From: a virus
Virus record (IMG/VR): IMGVR_UViG_3300025941_000018
Coordinates: 11,296 to 75,295 of that record
DNA: 64,000 nt
Direction: 5' to 3' (one strand)
Shown here: piece by piece, positions 36,969 to 45,453 of the stretch
How positions within the stretch are numbered: the first letter of the stretch is position 1
Layout of the letters: every line of letters begins with the position of its first letter
Notes under the pieces: generated by a model
The model's database searches: none
What the model was told of the DNA's origin: nothing
The model's input: the letters and a program-made list of their open reading frames with translations, nothing else
Program-made: the position numbers and the translations under genes

Positions 36969-39481
36969 GCGCCGTTAGCCATCATCGGCTGATTCACGGG
37001 CGGAAGTTGCGGCGTTAGCGGTGGCCCTGGCTCTCGTCCTGGCGGCATCATCGGCGGCGTCCCAGGCATCGGCGGCCCGCTCGGCGGCATCATCGGCGCA
37101 ACAATCATTCCGACCATCTGCTGCAACACCTTCAGGTCATCCGAGTTTTTCTTAGTCGCCTCAAGCAACGGTTGCAACTCAGGTTGAAGCTGCTGCATCA
37201 CTTGGTCCACGACCTGTTTTAGCTGCTGCTCAGCCTGTGCCTTCTGTTCCTCGGGCGTCGTGTTTGGCCCGACGTTCCGGAGTTTGAAGTCCCGATCCAC
37301 GCCAGCCTTTTGCGCGATCTGGTTGGCGATGTCAATGAGCTGGTCGGCACCCAATGCCTGAACCATGCCCGGGATTTGAAGCAACGGTTGCATAAGTTGG
37401 CTCATGGCAATTGCGACCTGGGCGTCGTTCGTGCGGTCTTCGCCGTCGCGGGTCGAAGCAAAGAGCCACATGTCGATAGCGGTGGCCTGCTTCTTCACGC
37501 GCGCCGTGTGGTATTTGTCCCGCACGTTGAGATCCTTGTCCACGAAAGTAAAGCCCATGGCGTTCAGTTGCTCCTTGGTCAGTGGGGTCTCAGCGGGGAT
37601 ATGCGCGTACATGTCGTCGTCGCCGTAGGCCATCAGGCCGCAGTAGATTTGCCGCTTCCAAGCCTCGCAGAGAATATCGACTGGCGTAGCGGTGAACGTC
37701 TGCCGGCTGGAAGTGCTCTGCGCGATGTTCCGGACCTCTTCGCGCGTCTGCTCATGGCTGGCGGCCTGAGCGACTTCGTGGCTGCTCATTACCAATAGCC
37801 GTTCGAGTACGTCGAGGATGGTCTTTAGGACGTTGATCAACTCGGCGGTGTTGCCCTTGGGCAGCGCGAAAGTCTGGACGGCTTCACTGACCTTGTTCTG
37901 GCCACGGCTGGCTTTCTTGCCTGAGTAGCCGAACACGTTCAGAAAACGGTAAAGCCCCTCGCCGATGCCTGCGATGCGCTTCTTCGTGTCCTCCGGTATC
38001 TGGTCCTCATCGACCATCGTGATGTTGGCGAGGTTCTGCTTCGCCGTCAGGATGATCTGGTTGAGGACATTCGTGAACTGGTCTTGGAACGGCAGGATTT
38101 CCAGACTCATTGAGGCATTGCGGCTGCGGCTTTCGTCGGCGTCATACCCGGCGTAGAGCACCGGGCAGTAGGGCAGGGGTGCCGCGTAGATGATCGTGCA
38201 ACCGTCGCCGGCAAGGACAAACCTGAACCAGACGGGATGGTCGTAGTCGCCAAGCCCGTTCTCACTCGGCACCAACTTTTCGAAATATTCGGTCACCAGA
38301 ACGCCTTGGTCCAAGTGGTCGGTGCCGTAGTATTGATTAGCCAAATCCTTCTCACGGTCGAGTTGGCCGGTGCCGACTCCAGCCGTGTAAACCGGGGCTG
38401 CGCCGTCGATTGCTGGCGCCGGGGCTGGTGGAACAGCCACGCCCATTTTCATCGTGCAAGCGGAATAGACAGAGGTGAAGAACAGGCGATTGTTGACCAG
38501 CAGATCCGCGGTGCCCAGGCTCACCTTGTCCGTGTTCCAGAAGCCGCTGGTGAGAATGTCGCGGTAACGCGCCACGCGCCAGGCACCGAAAAACTGGCAG
38601 CCGCTGTCCGAGTTGTAGGTATAAGCGCCGTGGGCGAGGTCTTTGAAATATCGGGTGGGATGCCAGTGCTGGTAGCGCAATCCCTCGCGGGTGGTCACCT
38701 TGATTTCATCCCCGGCATTGACCGGTGTGCCATCCTCCTTCTTCTTTTCCATCAGGACATCTTCCTGATCGGCAATCTTCACCTGCGTCTCCGAGTGCCA
38801 CTCCTCTTTCGGAGTCATAAAGCACTCGCCGTAATGGAGCATTTTGAAAACGCCCTGCTTCAGCACGTCGAAGTAACTGTATTGCGTCGAGATGCCCTGG
38901 ACGCGATCGGTCAGCGCCTCGCACTTTACCCGCAACTGCGTCGTGGCTTTCACCGGCTCGTACTTGAGGAACGGTATCAGCCGACGGTCGTTCATCAGCT
39001 TCGCCCAGCGGATCGTCAGGTAGGCGCGGACCAGTGGAACGAAAACATTGAAGAAAATCGGCAGGTTGAAAACCTTCTTCCCGGTGTCGGCGCCGGTTCT
39101 CGGGTCCTTCTGCTGCTCGATTAGCGACGTCAGTCCCCAGTCCTGAAGCTGTTTGTAAACCGTGTCCTCATCGGGGTTGCTGTCGATCAGGGAAGCGATC
39201 AAGGTCGGGCTTATTTGCCGAAACGGGGTGTCCCATGCCTGGTCGAGCGCGTAGTAGGTTTTCCAGTCACGAAAGTTTCGGTCCATGCCCTCCTGAACAC
39301 GCGACCTGATTCGGTTCCACAGCGCCCAGCGTTTGTCCTGCTGTGTTGCGGTCAGCGGGTCGTAGCCAGGATCGCCGAGTTTTGCGCTGCCGTGCTGCAG
39401 GTCCTTCGGGTCGCCCTGCAAATTCTGGCGCAGGGTTTCGGCGGTGATGCCCCGCTTGGTAAGGATTGTAAGATCGATCAT
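36965..39481 (-). CDS. Portal protein (putative, P22-like)
   Basis: 838 aa, first large head gene; LPFQDQFTN, T.EEV motif, Gln coiled-coil and Pro-rich tail. Confidence 0.72.
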   Translation of the reverse strand: MIDLTILTKRGITAETLRQNLQGDPKDLQHGSAKLGDPGYDPLTATQQDKRWALWNRIRSRVQEGMDRNFRDWKTYYALDQAWDTPFRQISPTLIASLIDSNPDEDTVYKQLQDWGLTSLIEQQKDPRTGADTGKKVFNLPIFFNVFVPLVRAYLTIRWAKLMNDRRLIPFLKYEPVKATTQLRVKCEALTDRVQGISTQYSYFDVLKQGVFKMLHYGECFMTPKEEWHSETQVKIADQEDVLMEKKKEDGTPVNAGDEIKVTTREGLRYQHWHPTRYFKDLAHGAYTYNSDSGCQFFGAWRVARYRDILTSGFWNTDKVSLGTADLLVNNRLFFTSVYSACTMKMGVAVPPAPAPAIDGAAPVYTAGVGTGQLDREKDLANQYYGTDHLDQGVLVTEYFEKLVPSENGLGDYDHPVWFRFVLAGDGCTIIYAAPLPYCPVLYAGYDADESRSRNASMSLEILPFQDQFTNVLNQIILTAKQNLANITMVDEDQIPEDTKKRIAGIGEGLYRFLNVFGYSGKKASRGQNKVSEAVQTFALPKGNTAELINVLKTILDVLERLLVMSSHEVAQAASHEQTREEVRNIAQSTSSRQTFTATPVDILCEAWKRQIYCGLMAYGDDDMYAHIPAETPLTKEQLNAMGFTFVDKDLNVRDKYHTARVKKQATAIDMWLFASTRDGEDRTNDAQVAIAMSQLMQPLLQIPGMVQALGADQLIDIANQIAQKAGVDRDFKLRNVGPNTTPEEQKAQAEQQLKQVVDQVMQQLQPELQPLLEATKKNSDDLKVLQQMVGMIVAPMMPPSGPPMPGTPPMMPPGREPGPPLTPQLPPVNQPMMANGA

Positions 39482-39485
39482 GAAA

Positions 39486-39767
39486 TCAGTAGGCTTCGGC
39501 CTTCTTGCCCGTCTGCTTCGACTTCAGGTAGTCCATCGGCTTAATCGGCGCGGCTTTTGGTTTGGCGGGCACAGCTTTGACCTTGGTAATGCTCTGCACG
39601 TCGGCCATGATCTGCGCCTCGCCTTCTGGCTCTGCCTCGGAGTCCGCTTCTTCCCCCTCTTCACCAGGGAGGGTTTTGACTTTTACCATGAGCACATCGC
39701 CGGGCAGACAACCTTTGAGTGCGGGATGGTCACTTGGCAGCGCAATCTGAATTGGCGGCTTCATCAT
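39486..39767 (-). CDS. Hypothetical protein
   Basis: First gene after minus-strand promoter. Confidence 0.6.
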   Translation of the reverse strand: MMKPPIQIALPSDHPALKGCLPGDVLMVKVKTLPGEEGEEADSEAEPEGEAQIMADVQSITKVKAVPAKPKAAPIKPMDYLKSKQTGKKAEAY

Positions 39768-39821
39768 GGGCTACTCCTACGCTTGCAACTGGCCACGCGC
39801 AAGCTTAATGTTTCCGCCATG
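39765..39821. promoter_or_regulatory. Overlapping divergent promoters
   Basis: Minus TTGCGC-17-TAGGAG to ATG 39767; plus TTGCAA-17-TAATGT to ATG 39819. Confidence 0.6.
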
Positions 39822-40025
39822 ACCGACGAATGGCAAGATAACACGCAAGAAAATCCGTTCTTCAAATCCCGTCAGCCAGTTGAAGTTGAATACACAGACG
39901 GAAAAACCCGCGTGATTGGCTGCCCTCGTTGCGCCACCGGCAGCTTTCTTTTAGTCAAACGCTGGCGCGTCAAACCTCAAACCACCCAACCAAATGAAAC
40001 TACTCGGCAACCGAATCCTCATTGA
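39819..40025 (+). CDS. Small CxxC protein
   Basis: ATG 7 nt after -10 box; GCPRC. Confidence 0.45.
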   Translation: MTDEWQDNTQENPFFKSRQPVEVEYTDGKTRVIGCPRCATGSFLLVKRWRVKPQTTQPNETTRQPNPH

Positions 40026-40257
40026 ACCCATCGAAGAAGCCTCTGGCCCTATCGAAGCCCCGCAACTTTCCAAGCGCGTCACGCCTTTTGGCCGGGTCGC
40101 GATGCTCGGTGATGGGCCTCACATGCCACCCGAACTCGCCATCGGCCAGCGGGTCCATGTCGATGTTGACCGTGGCCACGTCGCCGTCGCTCACGAAGGC
40201 CGCCCGCATCGCATCGTCTCCGTGCTCGACGTGCAACTGATCTTCGCCGATGCCTAA
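39994..40257 (+). CDS. GroES/Cpn10-like co-chaperonin
   Basis: LGNRILIEP...G.I..P...GRV..LGDG...IGQRV; 87 aa. Confidence 0.75.
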   Translation: MKLLGNRILIEPIEEASGPIEAPQLSKRVTPFGRVAMLGDGPHMPPELAIGQRVHVDVDRGHVAVAHEGRPHRIVSVLDVQLIFADA

Positions 40258-41809
40258 CGACGCCGATGGTAATTGGTATCCCGACTTGTTCGATAAGCAG
40301 TTGGAAGTTCTAAATTCCCAGGCGCGCGCCCTTCTTGTTAGCGGCCCACGCCTGAGTGGCAAAACTCGAGGTACCCTTCACCGTATCGTTCGCCATCTCT
40401 GGGAAACTCCAGATGCCCGTGTGGCGATGTTCTCGCGCACGGTCAAAAACTCCAAAGAAGGCGGCACTTGGTCCCTGCTGCACGATGTCGTTCTAAAGGA
40501 GTGGATCGACGCAAAAATCGGCTTGCGATACACGACCCTGAGTGCCGAGAAGCGGCCCGGTTTCAAGCTCGACAGCCTCAGCCGCACCCTTTACTTCCGC
40601 ATCCGCAATGTCCATGGCGGCGAGTCCACCTGCATGTTGTTCTCACTCGACCATGACCCGGACATCGAGGACAAGCTGAAGGAGATGGAGTTTTCCATGA
40701 TTTATTTCTCCGAGCTTTCTAAATTCCACGACCGAAAGATCCTCGGGGTGTCGCTGCTTTCGCTTCGCATGTCCCATATTCCTTACGAAAGCCACATGTG
40801 GATTGCTGATACCAACCCAGCCGACGAAGGCGAGTTGTCGTGGATCTATCGAGTGTTCTACGTGGAACGTGTCCAAGATTACGCTGAGTATGTTGTCTGC
40901 CAAAAGAAACTCGGCTTACCGGTACTTGAAGAACGGTTGTTCCTGGCACAGCAACGCGATCTCGCGCTCATTGAGATTAAGCCCGGCGAAAACCCCAGGT
41001 TGGACCCGAGGCAACTCGACGAACTCAAGTCCCAGAACGCCTACGATGCCGGGTTGTGGGCTAAGTACGTCGAAGGCAAGTGGATTTACGGCGAGGGCGA
41101 TGCCTCAATGCACTTCAGGGCTTATTTCAAGCGCAACCTGCACATCGTCGGGGACTGCACGTCGCCTAATGAAGAAGACTGGACCTACGCGAACCCATCA
41201 CCCGGAGCCTTCGAATTAGTGCTCGGCCTGGACATCGGCGATGTAAACCATGCGGGCGTTATCCTTAACCGGGATGTCATTAACGGTCGCTCACACTTCA
41301 CCCTTATTGACGAACTGGTTTACCTCAAAAAGGAAATCGCGGTCACCACTTTCACCGAGGATTTCATGGAGTTAATTGAGGCCCACGAGAAAGCGGCCGG
41401 GCGGCAGTATAATCTCGACCGGGCCTGGTCGGACAGCAACTCCATCGAAAAGTACAGCGCGGTGGCCGCTACGTTTCCCTACCTGCAAGTCTATGCAGCG
41501 TCGGGCAATCGCATATTTCTCCGCGCGCTGCCCAAAGCCCAGTCCAAGGGCGGAGTGCGGCAGCGAGTGTCATTGGTGAAAATGCTGCTGCACACTGGCC
41601 GGCTAAAAGTCTCCGCTCATTGCCATTTCGCCATCGCCATGTTTGAGGGTCTTAAAAAGGGGAAGGTGGATTATATCCCGACAGAGGACCCGATGAAGCA
41701 CATTTTTGACGCGCTCAGTTATGCGCTCTTTATGGAATGTGCCGAAGAACTCGAAGAGATGCCAGAATCCGGCGGGAGATCAACCGGGATGATTGTGCAT
41801 GTCCGTTAG
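40250..41809 (+). CDS. terL: Terminase large subunit
   Basis: Q motif, Walker A SGPRLSGKT, ADTNP coupling motif, ENP.L, G.W, nuclease LGLDIG and HIFDALSY. Confidence 0.92.
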   Translation: MPNDADGNWYPDLFDKQLEVLNSQARALLVSGPRLSGKTRGTLHRIVRHLWETPDARVAMFSRTVKNSKEGGTWSLLHDVVLKEWIDAKIGLRYTTLSAEKRPGFKLDSLSRTLYFRIRNVHGGESTCMLFSLDHDPDIEDKLKEMEFSMIYFSELSKFHDRKILGVSLLSLRMSHIPYESHMWIADTNPADEGELSWIYRVFYVERVQDYAEYVVCQKKLGLPVLEERLFLAQQRDLALIEIKPGENPRLDPRQLDELKSQNAYDAGLWAKYVEGKWIYGEGDASMHFRAYFKRNLHIVGDCTSPNEEDWTYANPSPGAFELVLGLDIGDVNHAGVILNRDVINGRSHFTLIDELVYLKKEIAVTTFTEDFMELIEAHEKAAGRQYNLDRAWSDSNSIEKYSAVAATFPYLQVYAASGNRIFLRALPKAQSKGGVRQRVSLVKMLLHTGRLKVSAHCHFAIAMFEGLKKGKVDYIPTEDPMKHIFDALSYALFMECAEELEEMPESGGRSTGMIVHVR

Positions 41810-42127
41810 CAGGCGGGCGAACATCCTGCGCTGCTGCGGTGTCGCCCGGTCGAGATAGGCCAGCTTTTTCTTCCTCCAAAACCTGAGTTGCCGGCCAGGT
41901 GCCAGCAGGTTCACGCCACAACCCTCACTGAACGCAGCCACCACACGCAAAGTCATGCCGTCCCACCGTTCGCACGTCGAGATTTTGCAGATGGTGGATA
42001 GCGCCAGTCCCGAACGCCGCGCGATCTCGTCGTTGGTCATCGGGGACAAACCGTGGCTTTTGCGGGCCAGAAAGCGGCACATTTTCGGCGTGAGCAGATT
42101 CAGGTCTGAGAGGGTGCGGACTTTCAT
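41780..42127 (-). CDS. HTH (Xre-like) DNA-binding protein
   Basis: MTNDEIARRSGLALSTICKI. Confidence 0.6.
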   Translation of the reverse strand: MKVRTLSDLNLLTPKMCRFLARKSHGLSPMTNDEIARRSGLALSTICKISTCERWDGMTLRVVAAFSEGCGVNLLAPGRQLRFWRKKKLAYLDRATPQQRRMFARLLTDMHNHPG

Positions 42128-42173
42128 GGCACGAGGCTAAGGCGTTCTGGCATGGAAAGAGTTTGGCTCGCAC

Positions 42174-42479
42174 TTAGGCGGCGAGAGCTTTAGGCAATGG
42201 CTTCCTGCGGGTCAGATGATGAAGGCGGCACTGCAATCCAGTTGTTATCACCCCACAGTTTGGATGAGAGCAGCGATTGTAACGACTTGGGGTCTTAAAG
42301 AATTGCTTCACCTGACTAAGCTCGGCGGCTAGTCGGTCATCGCCTGCGCGTCTGGCCGCGATGATTTTGTATTTGACCAAGCGAGCTAAACCCGCTCGGT
42401 TTGCTTCTCCCGAAAAGCTGACTCGTTGTTTATGGGGAAGGCCAAGCAGAGACTTGACCCGCATATAGCTGATTTTCAT
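42174..42479 (-). CDS. Hypothetical basic protein with C/H motif
   Basis: Coupled ORF; CSHPNC..C..HH. Confidence 0.5.
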   Translation of the reverse strand: MKISYMRVKSLLGLPHKQRVSFSGEANRAGLARLVKYKIIAARRAGDDRLAAELSQVKQFFKTPSRYNRCSHPNCGVITTGLQCRLHHLTRRKPLPKALAA

Positions 42480-43180
42480 TCCCGAATCTGATAGGGGTCC
42501 ACGTTGTTGGTACGAACAAAGCCAACCCGATAGTAGCCCTGACTCCCCGGAGCATTGGTCACTACCACACTTGCCGCCGGCAACTTAGCCCAGTTGGTCG
42601 TGTCGTGGGTGATTTCCACTGTTACTGGGTCGTAAGTAATGATCGGCTGCGGCCATTGGAACGGCATTGAAAGGTCGCTGTTGGTGCCCGGTGCCAGTGT
42701 CTCGGCTTGAATCCAGTATTTTGAGCCATACAGCAAGTGTGGAATGGCATTGAAATTGGTTGGTGTGAAAAAGTTGGTGCTCACGTCCACTGCTCGGCCT
42801 TGGGCTATTGGCGTGACGAAGATTTGATAGCCACTCGCGCCGGGCACCGGGTCGAACTTTAGATACTTCAACGAATACGTCGCTGGATTGGTCGCGCCAA
42901 CAACCACCACATCGGGCGGCATTGGTGGAAGTTCTATCGCGGCAAGCCTTGCCGCCTGTGGGTCGGGTAGGTGATGCGCAGTTTCTTCCTGAGTGTAGAT
43001 CGGCGGATTCCACTGCACCGGCTCAGAGGTCACGGAATGAAACTGCGCTGGTGGCGTGAACGGCTGCCCCATCGCAACCACTTGGAGCATGACAGGTGCC
43101 GCGATGAAGGCTGGGTTAAATGGAACGATGCGCGGGATAGCCCTTATGCTCTCCCACAAGATGGCTGCAAGCGTAATCAT
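42476..43180 (-). CDS. Putative membrane/exported protein with FN3-like segment
   Basis: Hydrophobic N-terminus; FDPVPGASGYQI...L..G..Y. Confidence 0.5.
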   Translation of the reverse strand: MITLAAILWESIRAIPRIVPFNPAFIAAPVMLQVVAMGQPFTPPAQFHSVTSEPVQWNPPIYTQEETAHHLPDPQAARLAAIELPPMPPDVVVVGATNPATYSLKYLKFDPVPGASGYQIFVTPIAQGRAVDVSTNFFTPTNFNAIPHLLYGSKYWIQAETLAPGTNSDLSMPFQWPQPIITYDPVTVEITHDTTNWAKLPAASVVVTNAPGSQGYYRVGFVRTNNVDPYQIRE

Positions 43181-43491
43181 TTGGCCCCTTTCACCGCCCC
43201 AGCGACCGCTCCTTGCACGATGAGGCCAATCAGTTGATCCAAATTTGAACTTGTCACAGAGGCATCATAAGCGCCGATGGTTGATCCACTCGGGTAAGCC
43301 CAGACATTGCTTCCGGTCCCCGCTTGACCCGTGGTGTTCCTGAATTTCGTCAGCGACGATGTGCTGTCAAAGAAAGTGCAAACCCTTACAATGGTGTTTT
43401 CAGAACCGTCCGGCTTCTTGGTGGTGCTTGAGCGGAGATAAGCGCAGCCGCACAGCAGGGCCAGTGGTAGGATTAGGGCGAGTCTTTTCAT
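43177..43491 (-). CDS. Lipoprotein
   Basis: MKRLALILPLALLCG-C lipobox. Confidence 0.75.
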   Translation of the reverse strand: MKRLALILPLALLCGCAYLRSSTTKKPDGSENTIVRVCTFFDSTSSLTKFRNTTGQAGTGSNVWAYPSGSTIGAYDASVTSSNLDQLIGLIVQGAVAGAVKGAK

Positions 43492-43493
43492 AA

Positions 43494-43715
43494 TCAGTAG
43501 TCGTCTGCGGTGTAAGGGTAGGATTGTCGTTTCGTATTTGCCTGGTTCAGCCCAAGGCGTCGAATTAAGCTGGATTCCGTGCGCTTGACTTGCTTGACGG
43601 TGGTTCGAAGCTCGCGGGCGGTTTGCTCCGGGGGTGCGCCGACAAACATTGCTTGCAGAATTCTCGCCTGTCGCTCATCGGAAGTTAGATGTTTTCGGGC
43701 GCTCAATCTGTACAA
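43494..43715 (-). CDS. Small LuxR-like HTH protein
   Basis: LT...ARIL....G.....ARELRTT.K.VK. Confidence 0.45.
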   Translation of the reverse strand: MYRLSARKHLTSDERQARILQAMFVGAPPEQTARELRTTVKQVKRTESSLIRRLGLNQANTKRQSYPYTADDY

Positions 43716-43721
43716 GCAATA

Positions 43722-43741
43722 CGCCCGTCCGAAGACGGGCG
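43722..43741 (-). terminator. UUCG-capped hairpin, possible terminator
   Basis: CGCCCGTC-TTCG-GACGGGCG on minus strand, weak U tract. Confidence 0.5.
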
Positions 43742-43766
43742 CAAGCTTTGAATTGAACCGATTGGC

Positions 43767-44249
43767 TTACGGCTTGGCGGTTGGCGCGCCGAGCGTCAAT
43801 CCCAAGTTTGCAGCATTAGCTCCGGTCGTGTGGACCAGGATCGTGTCCTGAACATCCACAACTCCAGATCCGAGATCGGCATCGCCATCGACCAAATAGG
43901 TCGTATCGTCCGGGGAGTCGGGCGTTACCAGAGTCGCGGACATGCCATCAGCGGCGGGTGTTACGGTGCCAGCGCCGGATACCACAGACCAGACGGGAAT
44001 GCCGTCGAGTTTTGCAGGCTTTCCGGTGGCAGTTACGGGCTTTAGTGTGGCAACAACTTGCTGCTCATTTGTCAGTGTGATTTCTGCGGGCATATGATTT
44101 TGACCTTTCTTATTGAAGGGAAGCCCGAAACCGAAATTGAGCCGGGCGGCCCGTCGTTTTTTGTTCTTCTTACACTTCGCCTCAAGTTGTGAGGCAAATT
44201 CTTTAATCGCTTTACGCATGGCCTTTTTCATTCGTTCAATCCAGTCCAT
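43767..44249 (-). CDS. Small Ig-like beta protein (start may be 44093)
   Basis: G.PA.LDG.P.W...ADG.SA...DADLG.GV. Confidence 0.6.
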   Translation of the reverse strand: MDWIERMKKAMRKAIKEFASQLEAKCKKNKKRRAARLNFGFGLPFNKKGQNHMPAEITLTNEQQVVATLKPVTATGKPAKLDGIPVWSVVSGAGTVTPAADGMSATLVTPDSPDDTTYLVDGDADLGSGVVDVQDTILVHTTGANAANLGLTLGAPTAKP

Positions 44250-44272
44250 TCGGAGAGAGCCAGAATCTAGCC

Positions 44273-44515
44273 CTAATCATGGCGCTTGTCACGCGGGGGA
44301 TTGTCCTTACCTTTCTTGCCGTTGGGTGTTACCTCCCCGCGCATAAGTTCACCAGCCGGAAAGATTGCCAGCGGACGATATTCCCGCCCCGCCTCGCCCG
44401 CCCAATGGATTACCGCGACGGCGACCTGTCCATCGCGCTCACTTTCCCAAACGACGCCAGCCCCACATTGCGATGCGCCCTTGAGTCGGAATATGATTTT
44501 TTCACCGCGAATCAT
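44273..44515 (-). CDS. Hypothetical protein
   Basis: TAATG-coupled to upstream small membrane gene. Confidence 0.5.
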   Translation of the reverse strand: MIRGEKIIFRLKGASQCGAGVVWESERDGQVAVAVIHWAGEAGREYRPLAIFPAGELMRGEVTPNGKKGKDNPPRDKRHD

Positions 44516-44688
44516 TACGAGTGAACTGGCTGGCCGAACACTTTCCAACCCAGCAATAAAAGCAGGATGAAAAGCAGCAGTGTGCCGCCGAGTGGTTTGA
44601 ACGGGCTTCCGGTCGCTGGCCAGTTTGACCAGAGGCCGAACACCAGCCATAGAAGCATTAAAACCCAATAGATTAATTGAAAACTCAT
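44515..44688 (-). CDS. 57-aa two-TM membrane protein (holin-like; not in ORF track)
   Basis: MSFQLIYWVLMLLWLVFGLW...GGTLLLFILLLLLGWKVFG. Confidence 0.75.
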   Translation of the reverse strand: MSFQLIYWVLMLLWLVFGLWSNWPATGSPFKPLGGTLLLFILLLLLGWKVFGQPVHS

Positions 44689-44752
44689 AATTTGCCTTTC
44701 GTTGTTGTGTGCAAGCCTAAGCCCTAATCGCCTTTTGGCAATGGGGCCATTT

Positions 44753-45100
44753 TCATATCAGCTTACTCTTGATCTCAGCAACCATGCGCTTAGTTTCCTG
44801 GGCGGCTGCTTCCATTCGGACAACCGCGTCCAGCGTCTCCTCTGCCTTTCGGATGCGGGTATGATAATTGTCTAGCCGATCCTCAATGCGGGTTAGCGTG
44901 ACGGCATTTTCCTGCCTGACTATCACCGCAGACTTGTCGTTCTCCTTCATTTCCCGTTCCAACTCGGCGAGTTGTTTGCTCATGGATTCTTGGTTGAATT
45001 GAGAGCGAAACCAGGTAGCCGCTCCAGCGAGCAGGATGCCGATCCAAGTAACCACGTTCCCAATCGTGATTTCCAAAAAGTTCTTCGGGTCTTGTGCCAT
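44753..45100 (-). CDS. Single-TM coiled-coil protein (holin/spanin-like)
   Basis: ITIGNVVTWIGILLAGAATW then coiled coil. Confidence 0.6.
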   Translation of the reverse strand: MAQDPKNFLEITIGNVVTWIGILLAGAATWFRSQFNQESMSKQLAELEREMKENDKSAVIVRQENAVTLTRIEDRLDNYHTRIRKAEETLDAVVRMEAAAQETKRMVAEIKSKLI

Positions 45101-45135
45101 GCGAGCGTCATGTTAATCACCGTGTTTGATTTGGG

Positions 45136-45453
45136 CTAAGGCTTTTTCTTAGAGAGAGCTTCATCGAGTTTATTCTGTGATGCGAGATGCGCCTTATATT
45201 CTTTCTCTGCTTGTACGGCTCGTTCCTGATAGGACTGATTCTCCGGGCTGCTGTCGGCAAGCTGCCGAAGCGCAACCGCGCCCACCCCAAGGGCAGCGCC
45301 CATTGCTTTGTTGCTCAGGGCGTGAATCGCAACTGTGTCGGTCTTCACGTCCTTAATGTCGTCGCCGTTTCGCCAGGATTTGATGAAGCTTCCCAACGCC
45401 AGAATGGTCGGCGCTATGGCAACGATTAGAGCGGTTTGAACGGCGTCGGTCAT
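45136..45453 (-). CDS. Single-TM membrane protein (holin-like)
   Basis: ALIVAIAPTILAL N-terminal TM. Confidence 0.6.
   Translation of the reverse strand: MTDAVQTALIVAIAPTILALGSFIKSWRNGDDIKDVKTDTVAIHALSNKAMGAALGVGAVALRQLADSSPENQSYQERAVQAEKEYKAHLASQNKLDEALSKKKP

Noticed and set aside
44273-44668. 131-aa ORF as listed in the track
   Set aside because: Its 5' part is better explained by the 57-aa membrane gene 44515..44688; true start is likely 44515
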